From a virus (Duplodnaviria > Caudoviricetes), in IMG/VR virus record IMGVR_UViG_3300012952_003952, positions 160,001 through 224,000 of that record: DNA of 64,000 nucleotides, one strand, 5' to 3'. Position numbers and translations under genes: made by a program. The stretch's first letter is position 1. Each line of letters starts with the position of its first letter. The notes under the pieces were generated by a model. The model did no database searches and was not told the DNA's origin. It worked only from the letters and a program-made list of their open reading frames with translations. Positions 57,553-64,000 of the stretch are shown piece after piece.

Positions 57553-59163
57553 ATGAGCATAAACAAGACTTTAATGTTTGATGGGGCTGCTCGTGGAGAA
57601 ATACTTTCCGGAGTAGATATTATTGCTAATGCTGTAAAGAGCACGATGGGACCTAACGGGCAAACAGTAGTAATTGAAAGAGCTGGACTTCCTCCGATCT
57701 TAACTAAAGATGGAGTCACAGTAGCTCACGCAATCAACTTGAGAGACAAGTTTAAAAATCTTGGCGTTCAAATGGTCAAACAAGCTGCTGCTAGAACTGC
57801 AGAAGAAGCTGGAGATGGAACCACTACGTCTACAGTGCTTACTCATAAATTAACTTCGGAGGGAGTGAAACTAATTTCAGCAGGTTATAAAAGTTCTGAA
57901 GTCCGAGAAGGAATGCTTTGGGCTACTGAGAAAGTACTTAAAGATTTAGAAGACAGCGCACGCCCAGTCACTGAAGACGAAGAAATAATCAACATTGGGA
58001 CTATATCAGCTAATGGAGACAGGAAAATTGGCGATCTTTTGTTAGAGGCGATGAAATCTGTCGGACCAGACGGCGTAATTTCTATAGAAGAAGCAAAAGG
58101 CTTTAGCACGAGCTTGGACACCGTGGACGGATTCCAGCTAGACAGAGGTTATATTTCTCCGTATTTTGTTACAAACCACGATCGCTTAAGCGTTGAGTTT
58201 TCTAATCCTAGAATTTTGCTAGCTAACAAAACTATATCTAATGTTACAGAAATGCTGCCTCTTCTAGAGCAAGCTCACAAAAATTCTATTCCTTTAGTTA
58301 TAATCGCGAACGATGTCGATGGAGACGCTCTCAAAGCTTTAGTAGTCAATAATTCAAAGGGCGTAGTTAAAGTTTGCGTTATTCGAGCTCCAGAGTTCGG
58401 AGACGGGAGAGTAGATAGTATGAATGACCTTTCTCTTCTGTTCGACACAAGCGTAGTTTTCTCCGGAGAAGAATTGCCGCAAAATATAGAAGATCTTGGT
58501 ACATGCGAAAGATTAGAAGTTTTTAGATCTCGTTCTGTCTTCGTCAATCCAGTGTGTACACAAGAGTCTTTAGAAGATAGATGCCAAGCTATTCAAGAGA
58601 TGTTAGTTTCTCCAGAAACTGAATTGAATCAAAAGATGCTGTTGGGTCGTAGGCTAAGTAGACTGCAGGGCGGAATTGCCGTGATAAGAGTTGGCGGTCA
58701 CACTGAACTAGAACTTAAAGAAAGAAAAGATAGAGTAGAAGACGCTCTCCACGCTACCCAGGCAGCTGCAGCTAAGGGTATTTTACCAGGGGGAGGAATT
58801 GCTCTTATAAGATCTTCAAGAAATTTATTAGAAGACAAGAATTTAGAAAATCAAAGTAGAGATTTTATAGCTGGAGTTCAAGCAGTTTCTCTGTCTTGCG
58901 AAGCTCCACTCCGCCAAATTGTAGAGAATTCTGGCGGAGCTCCAGATGTAGTGTTTAATAGAGCAACTAACCCTGAAGAGCCTGACGAAGGATATGATGC
59001 ACGAAAAAATGAGTTTGTGAATATGTATAAACAGGGAATTATTGATCCGTACAGCGTTGTGAGTGCCGCTCTGAAAAATGCGTGCTCTGCTGCTACTTCG
59101 ATAATCTCTATCGGTTGCGCGATGATAGAAGAAGATTCTGAAGGAATAGATAAATTAATTTAG
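57553..59163 (+). CDS. groEL: GroEL-like chaperonin
   Basis: TMGPNG, TKDGVTVA, GDGTTT, DRGYISPYF, KDRVEDA and GGG motifs. Confidence 0.95.
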   Translation: MSINKTLMFDGAARGEILSGVDIIANAVKSTMGPNGQTVVIERAGLPPILTKDGVTVAHAINLRDKFKNLGVQMVKQAAARTAEEAGDGTTTSTVLTHKLTSEGVKLISAGYKSSEVREGMLWATEKVLKDLEDSARPVTEDEEIINIGTISANGDRKIGDLLLEAMKSVGPDGVISIEEAKGFSTSLDTVDGFQLDRGYISPYFVTNHDRLSVEFSNPRILLANKTISNVTEMLPLLEQAHKNSIPLVIIANDVDGDALKALVVNNSKGVVKVCVIRAPEFGDGRVDSMNDLSLLFDTSVVFSGEELPQNIEDLGTCERLEVFRSRSVFVNPVCTQESLEDRCQAIQEMLVSPETELNQKMLLGRRLSRLQGGIAVIRVGGHTELELKERKDRVEDALHATQAAAAKGILPGGGIALIRSSRNLLEDKNLENQSRDFIAGVQAVSLSCEAPLRQIVENSGGAPDVVFNRATNPEEPDEGYDARKNEFVNMYKQGIIDPYSVVSAALKNACSAATSIISIGCAMIEEDSEGIDKLI

Positions 59164-59168
59164 TTTTC

Positions 59169-59198
59169 TGTAAAATTGTGCCAGTTTTGTGGTATAAT
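59169..59198 (+). promoter_or_regulatory. Sigma70-like promoter with extended -10
   Basis: GTAAAA (59170-59175), 17-bp spacer, TGG-TATAAT (59193-59198). Confidence 0.7.
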
Positions 59199-59224
59199 AG
59201 GAGTATAAGTTAAAGGAGTGGCTT

Positions 59225-59485
59225 GTGAAAAGACAAAGACAGCATAATTCTGAAAGAGACATTGCGTATCTTTCAGAGTACGAAGTGCAAAGACGATACG
59301 ATTCTCTTGTGAGATTGATTCAGGGGCGAGGTTTTTCTAGAGATAAGAAGATAAAACTAGAAATAGATGCTTGTTATATCTGGAGAGAGCTGGAGCATCG
59401 CAAAACTAGAAAGACAATGCACGCAGAGTATCTTAAAAAATTCAACAAAAACAGACGCTACCGTGGAGGGCGCAAAAATGGCTGA
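59225..59485 (+). CDS. Small basic hypothetical protein
   Basis: GTG start after AAGGAG; 86 aa, Arg/Lys-rich. Confidence 0.6.
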   Translation: MKRQRQHNSERDIAYLSEYEVQRRYDSLVRLIQGRGFSRDKKIKLEIDACYIWRELEHRKTRKTMHAEYLKKFNKNRRYRGGRKNG

Positions 59486-60236
59486 TTTGGCATCGTACTT
59501 CGAACAAGTAGGAAAAACCGCACTTTTAACAAAAGAGCAAGAAGTCCAACTTTCTCAAAGGATTGAACAAGGAGACAGGCAAGCTAGGGATCATATGATT
59601 CAAGCAAATCTTCGGCTTGCTATTTCTATTGCTAAAAAATATCAGAATTCTGGTTGCTCATTAGAAGACCTTATCCAGGAATCTAGCATGGGCCTTATTA
59701 AAGCAGTTGATCGATTCGACTGGCGAAAGGGTTTTAAGTTCTCCACTTATGCATGCTGGTGGATTAAGCAAGCTGTAAGAAAGCACGTTGCTTCTCATTC
59801 TGGTTCTATTAAACTTCCAACGCATGCAAAAAACCTGCTTTGGAAAGTGAAGGTGGTTTCTGATGAATATGAAGAAGAGTTTGGTTCTAGACCTTCAATA
59901 GAAGAATTGTCTGATTTGTTAAGCGTAAAGAAAGAAACTCTAGATTCTATTATGATGAGTTCTCGATGGACTCTTTCTCTTGACAAAGAAGTTGGAAATA
60001 GAGAAGAAGGTTCAGGTCGAACCTTGAAAGAAATCATTCCAGATGATAAAGAGTCGTTTGAACTCAGTCTAGATAAATCTAAGATTTCAAAGATTATCCG
60101 CGATGCGTTTTGCCAACTAACACCTCGCGAAGAAAAAGTTTTGAGACTCAGGTTTGGAATTGACGAAGTTCCAGGTTCTCAAGAGCAGTTTTTTTTGTCT
60201 AATGAAGAATACAAAACTATTAAGAAGGGAGAATAA
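59478..60236 (+). CDS. Sigma-70 family sigma factor (RpoD/RpoS-like regions 1.2 to 4.1), lacking the region 4.2 helix-turn-helix
   Basis: LLTKEQEVQL, ANLRLAISIAKKY, DLIQE..GLIKAVDRFD, KFSTYACWWI and LTPREEKVLRLRFG, then a stop with no TLEE.G/RERIRQ segment. Confidence 0.9.
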   Translation: MADLASYFEQVGKTALLTKEQEVQLSQRIEQGDRQARDHMIQANLRLAISIAKKYQNSGCSLEDLIQESSMGLIKAVDRFDWRKGFKFSTYACWWIKQAVRKHVASHSGSIKLPTHAKNLLWKVKVVSDEYEEEFGSRPSIEELSDLLSVKKETLDSIMMSSRWTLSLDKEVGNREEGSGRTLKEIIPDDKESFELSLDKSKISKIIRDAFCQLTPREEKVLRLRFGIDEVPGSQEQFFLSNEEYKTIKKGE

Positions 60237-60239
60237 AAA

Positions 60240-60518
60240 ATGAGTATGCCGAAAGGATATCAAAGTGAGCTTGGTTATGCCACCGTTTCAGGCGATGAAG
60301 GGTGCATGGGCTATAGAGAAATTGCTGAGAAGATGACAGGCGAGGGAGATAAAATGAATCACTCTACTGCCCGCAACGTTTTTCTTAGGGCTATGGAAAA
60401 ACTAGCGAATCCAGTATGCCAGCTTTACGGAAAAAATGATTCTGTAGCAATGGCTAGAGACCCAAGATTTCAGTCTTGTATGCAAGAAATTATTGAAGAT
60501 CTCGGGATTGATATTTAA
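60240..60518 (+). CDS. Small HTH protein resembling sigma region 4.2
   Basis: MGYREIAEKM....NHSTARNVFLRAMEKL. Confidence 0.6.
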   Translation: MSMPKGYQSELGYATVSGDEGCMGYREIAEKMTGEGDKMNHSTARNVFLRAMEKLANPVCQLYGKNDSVAMARDPRFQSCMQEIIEDLGIDI

Positions 60519-60539
60519 TATAAGAAGCGTGGAGGAATC

Positions 60540-60950
60540 ATGGCTGTAAGTTGGGAATTTTTTTCTGGTCGTAGATCAGTTACTTTGAGAGAAATATTAG
60601 AAGCGGAAAACATCACTTGTTACGAAGAGCTTTTTTTAAAGCTTAAACACATGGGAGTAGAAGCTCCGCCAGAAAAAACTTTGGCTTGGATGTTTAATGA
60701 AAAAGCTGATAAAATAAAAATTCCAAATGATCCCTCTGCATCGATGGACGATTTGGTAGAAGCAAAAAAAGAAATAGATCAAATAATCGCAGATGGCGAT
60801 CCAGACGCGCTAGTTCCAGATTTGCACTTGCCAGCTCAGCCCGGCATAAACAAAGCCGCCGTACCTGGATCTAAAGCAGCGCAATCTAAGACTGCTGCGC
60901 CAAGAAAGAGGAGGAGTGCAAGAAAGCCAAGTAAAGCAAAGGCAAAATAA
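60540..60950 (+). CDS. Hypothetical protein
   Basis: GGAGG RBS; basic C-terminal tail. Confidence 0.6.
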   Translation: MAVSWEFFSGRRSVTLREILEAENITCYEELFLKLKHMGVEAPPEKTLAWMFNEKADKIKIPNDPSASMDDLVEAKKEIDQIIADGDPDALVPDLHLPAQPGINKAAVPGSKAAQSKTAAPRKRRSARKPSKAKAK

Positions 60951-61192
60951 TGGATTTATCCCTTCCGCACGGAGCTGTAATAGACGACCAAAATCAGCTT
61001 ATAACTGTTAACTTAGGAAGAATACAACTGAGTTTTTCTTTTGAAGAGTGGGAAGAGTTTATAGGGATGATATCAGATATAGACACCGTTGTTCAATCGA
61101 ATGTAACGGCTGAAGGATATACATGCCCTTCTTGTGGCACTCAAAAAGTTTTTTATGATTATCAACAACCAGATGAAGACGAATATAATTGA
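60950..61192 (+). CDS. Small protein with a CxxC motif
   Basis: YTCPSCG. Confidence 0.55.
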   Translation: MDLSLPHGAVIDDQNQLITVNLGRIQLSFSFEEWEEFIGMISDIDTVVQSNVTAEGYTCPSCGTQKVFYDYQQPDEDEYN

Positions 61193-61394
61193 AAATAGCG
61201 GAATGTTAGTTAAGCTCAAGCCGGGTAGATATGTCTTGAGTGGAGAGCATTCTGGAGATTCTGCGTTTGTAAATCTAAAAGAATCTAGAGAAGCTATAAT
61301 ACTAGAAGATCTCGGTGGCCGTGACTCGGCATATCTTTCTTTGTTAGACAGCAAAGTTATAATAGTTTGGCAAGACCAATTTGAGAAATTATAG
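61134..61394 (+). CDS. Small hypothetical protein
   Basis: ORF track; probable start at ATG 61173. Confidence 0.45.
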   Translation: MALKKFFMIINNQMKTNIIENSGMLVKLKPGRYVLSGEHSGDSAFVNLKESREAIILEDLGGRDSAYLSLLDSKVIIVWQDQFEKL

Positions 61395-61576
61395 TGTCGC
61401 TAGAGAAATTAATTCCAGACATTGTACTTCAAATTGCAATAGGAGTTAATTACGCCCTTATTTTACTTGGTGCTTATTTGGGAGAGCCAGATTTAATCTT
61501 GCTACCCATTTTTTCTATAGGCTGTTGTGCCCTACCTCTTTGGATTAGAAAAAAACAAAAAGATGATAAAAAGTAG
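61394..61576 (+). CDS. Small membrane protein
   Basis: Two hydrophobic stretches in 60 aa. Confidence 0.5.
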   Translation: MSLEKLIPDIVLQIAIGVNYALILLGAYLGEPDLILLPIFSIGCCALPLWIRKKQKDDKK

Positions 61577-61612
61577 ATTTTTTTGATATAATCTACTTAA
61601 ACAGGAGAATGT

Positions 61613-62287
61613 ATGGCTTATAGAAAAGTGCTTCAGTGGCCTGACGAAAGGCTTCAGAAAAAATCTGAAAATGTCGTGCAAGAAGACGATTCTATTATGT
61701 CTCTTATGAATGACATGATAGACACTCTTAAAATAGAAAGAGGGGCGGGGCTAGCAGCTCCACAAATTGGATTTAATCAAAATGTTGTTGTTTTAGATTT
61801 AGGAGAAATGGAATCTCCCTCTGGAATCACTCAGAAGCTTTCTGATGAATTAGTGGACGAAAGATATTGGTTCCTATTGAATCCAAAGTTGGATACTTCG
61901 AGGGAGACTCAGAGCTGGTCAGAGGGTTGTTTATCTGTTCCCTGGGTTAGTGAAGATGTAGAAAGACATTCTGCATGCACAGTAAACTATATGACTTTAG
62001 ATTTTAAAGCAAAATCGATTAGCCTTGGTTGGCCACTCTCAGGTGCAATTCAGCATGAGTGCGACCATCTAGACGGTGTTCTTTTTTTAGATAGATTAAG
62101 TCGCTTAAAATCTAGCAGGCTAAAAAAGTCTATTACTAAAAAGAGAAAAAAGATAGAATCATACAAAGAAAATCTCTTGAGCGATCCTGAAGAAAAGAAG
62201 ATAGGAAAAAAGAAGAAGAATTCTCATATTGGAAAAAAAGAGCTTCAAAAAAGAAGAACTACAAGGCGTAGATCTGGAAGAAAATAG
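61613..62287 (+). CDS. def: Peptide deformylase
   Basis: GAGLAAPQIG, EGCLS and QHECDHLDG motifs. Confidence 0.95.
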   Translation: MAYRKVLQWPDERLQKKSENVVQEDDSIMSLMNDMIDTLKIERGAGLAAPQIGFNQNVVVLDLGEMESPSGITQKLSDELVDERYWFLLNPKLDTSRETQSWSEGCLSVPWVSEDVERHSACTVNYMTLDFKAKSISLGWPLSGAIQHECDHLDGVLFLDRLSRLKSSRLKKSITKKRKKIESYKENLLSDPEEKKIGKKKKNSHIGKKELQKRRTTRRRSGRK

Positions 62288-62375
62288 GTCCATTTTAAAA
62301 TTATTTTGATTTTTTTTGAAAAAAACTGAATAAAATGGGCCCTTCATACGGCTAATAGACAGCAGGAGGAAAAAA

Positions 62376-62663
62376 ATGACTGCTTTAATTTTGGTAGGAA
62401 CACTATTTTTGGGTGGAAACGAAGCCCATGCGCATAACGCGCGACACAACCATAGACCACCAGCCACACAAGTTCAAATTAATTTTCACTGGGTTTGGGT
62501 AAATGGTCATTGGTCTCACGGAAGCTGGGTGAAGGGACATTGGTCTAGACGACCAGGGCATCATCCTCGTGCCCATCAGCATGATATGCGCTGGATTCCT
62601 GGACACTACGAGGGTAGAGGGCCACGTAGGCACTGGGTACCAGGCCACTGGAAGCGTAAGTAA
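62376..62663 (+). CDS. Secreted His/Trp/Gly-rich repeat protein (YXWGXW-like)
   Basis: Signal peptide ending AHA; repeats WVNGHW, WVKGHW, WIPGHY and WVPGHW. Confidence 0.7.
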   Translation: MTALILVGTLFLGGNEAHAHNARHNHRPPATQVQINFHWVWVNGHWSHGSWVKGHWSRRPGHHPRAHQHDMRWIPGHYEGRGPRRHWVPGHWKRK

Positions 62664-62691
62664 ACCAGTCGGCGTTATACTTAATTGCGTT

Positions 62692-62943
62692 ATGACTACG
62701 CAAGAAATTGAAACCAACAGATTTTTTCGATACTGTTTAAGACGGTATCAATCCTTCGGTCCTTCTCAGCTAGAAAAGGCAAAGCTAAGCCTTATTTCAA
62801 GAATGACAGATAATACGGGATGGGGATCAGAAATTTTTTGGGAATTGTTCGAAGATCTTGTGAAAAATAATGATTGGTCTGAAGCACAAGTATGCGCCTA
62901 CTTTGAAGTTTGCAGTATTGGAGAGCTAGAAGTAGAGGTATAA
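62692..62943 (+). CDS. Hypothetical protein
   Basis: ATG at 62692 just after an ATACTTA motif. Confidence 0.5.
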   Translation: MTTQEIETNRFFRYCLRRYQSFGPSQLEKAKLSLISRMTDNTGWGSEIFWELFEDLVKNNDWSEAQVCAYFEVCSIGELEVEV

Positions 62944-63066
62944 GAAATTATGAAAATGAGAATAAGAGACTATATTATAATCTCGGTTTTTACTACTGGG
63001 ATATTTGTTGGGTGCTTTAAGTTAACAATGTTTTTGGGAGATTTCCTTGGAACTTTTACTTACTGA

Positions 63067-63300
63067 GTGTATATTTATCGACACGGCCAAGGGGTAAAGA
63101 TTACAATGAGTGAAGAATTAATAGAGTACGCAGTCTACAATCGCCAATATAGTAGAGAAGCTGCAGAAGAAATTTCAAATTATGGAATTTGCGAACTTTT
63201 AAAATACGTAGATTACCCTACAGCATTAGTTATCTTAGAGAGAGCTCAGACCGGTCTTCAGCGCGCTCAGCACACTCTTAACATGTTTGGTAGAAAATAG
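63067..63300 (+). CDS. Hypothetical protein
   Basis: ORF track; probable start at ATG 63106. Confidence 0.5.
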   Translation: MYIYRHGQGVKITMSEELIEYAVYNRQYSREAAEEISNYGICELLKYVDYPTALVILERAQTGLQRAQHTLNMFGRK

Positions 63301-63349
63301 TTAGTACGATTTTATCCGACTGATTATAATCTTTCAGAGGTTATAGCTA

Positions 63350-63676
63350 ATGAAGTTTAAGTTGGATCATATTGCTCTAAACTGCAGATCGATTTCAAAT
63401 TCAGTTGATTGGTACGTTGAGAATTTTGATGCTCAAATAATACATTTCGACGGCACTTGGGCGATGTTAGAAATCGGCGGCCAAAGAGTCGCTTTGACTG
63501 TACCGAACCAACATAAACCTCATATAGCATTCTGCGTAGATTCTTTTGACGATTTTCCTGAAGGTGTAGAGATTAAAACCCATAGAGATGGCAGCATGTA
63601 TCACTATATGGAAGACCCAGACGGTAATGTAATTGAATATATCTATTGGCCAAAACAAACACTGGCTGACGAATAA
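63350..63676 (+). CDS. VOC/glyoxalase-family protein
   Basis: LDHIAL, HIAF and EDPDGNVIE motifs. Confidence 0.88.
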   Translation: MKFKLDHIALNCRSISNSVDWYVENFDAQIIHFDGTWAMLEIGGQRVALTVPNQHKPHIAFCVDSFDDFPEGVEIKTHRDGSMYHYMEDPDGNVIEYIYWPKQTLADE

Positions 63677-63700
63677 TTAATTGTAGTTGGGAGATTGTCC

Positions 63701-64000
63701 ATGGGAAGAAGTCGTAAAATTTTAGATTCTATTTTGTTAGAAGAGCTCCTCAAAGAAGCAGTTAGTTCCGGGCCGGCTAATATTCAGAGGATGGCCATTG
63801 GATATGCGATAGCTAGCTTAGGAAATTTTCAGTTTTCTCCTACTAGCAGCAATCCTTCTACAAGTTCTGGCATAAGATTAAATCCCTCTGAGTCTAATAA
63901 AGATTTGGGAGCTACGGAGATAGAATCTCTTTTAAATTCCGATGCTAAAAAAATAGGCATCGACTTTGGAGACTCAATCGGCCCTGATAAAAGTAAGGGT
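63701..64000 (+). CDS. Hypothetical protein, 3'-truncated by the window edge
   Basis: ATG at 63701 after GGGAG; open to the window end (MGRSRKILDSILLEELLKEAV...). Confidence 0.6.
   Translation, partial: MGRSRKILDSILLEELLKEAVSSGPANIQRMAIGYAIASLGNFQFSPTSSNPSTSSGIRLNPSESNKDLGATEIESLLNSDAKKIGIDFGDSIGPDKSKG

Noticed and set aside
10549-60518. Stop-codon reassignment, suggested by in-frame TAA in recA and between the sigma ORFs
   Set aside because: Many genes end normally in TAA, TAG or TGA with coupled downstream starts, and coding density is already high under the standard code.
883-63658. The many 60-150 aa antisense or out-of-frame ORFs in the track (for example 2533-2919, 15055-15513, 41687-42139)
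   Set aside because: They lie wholly within longer motif-bearing genes, lack RBSs, and read as shadow frames.
1-64000. CRISPR array, retron/DGR reverse transcriptase, integrase or transposase
   Set aside because: No regularly spaced direct repeats, no YADD/YxDD RT motif, and no recombinase or transposase motifs were seen by eye.
1-64000. Cellular chromosome (dnaE, groEL, recA, iscU and def are host-like genes)
   Set aside because: No ribosomal protein, rRNA or central-metabolism operons; host-like genes occur singly among phage structural and gp32-like genes.

Overview
This 64-kb window is an internal segment of a large lytic (jumbo-type) myophage genome, not a cellular chromosome. It is densely coding, nearly all on the + strand, AT-rich, and reads cleanly in the standard code. 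From left to right it carries: a baseplate block; a T4-like replication/recombination block (PolA-family core, gp32-like SSB, RecA interrupted by one in-frame TAA, 5'-3' exonuclease, DnaB-type helicase, class II ribonucleotide reductase); Fe-S assembly genes (IscU, Nfu, IscA), ClpP, an amidase endolysin and two DNA glycosylases; DnaE; an ~11-kb nucleotide/DNA-modification block; a run of acidic, probably virion-associated proteins plus candidate lysis genes; a GC-rich structured non-coding element; a minus-strand lipoprotein module (protease, two vWA proteins, thioredoxin); and a host-takeover block (nuclease, second exonuclease, GroEL, sigma factor, peptide deformylase). The best candidate for an undescribed system is the cluster at 27.7-38.6 kb. 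It couples a T4 gp42-like dCMP hydroxymethylase homolog with myo-inositol-1-phosphate synthase, a HAD phosphatase, an FkbM methyltransferase, an aGPT-Pplase-type DNA-base modifier, an atypical C5 DNA methyltransferase, an SGNH fusion protein and an NDP-sugar epimerase, suggesting an inositol/cyclitol-based DNA hypermodification. Also notable are an apparently split sigma-70 factor, two distinct promoter classes and a 127-nt structured RNA candidate. All family calls come from motif recognition by eye; no database searches were run.
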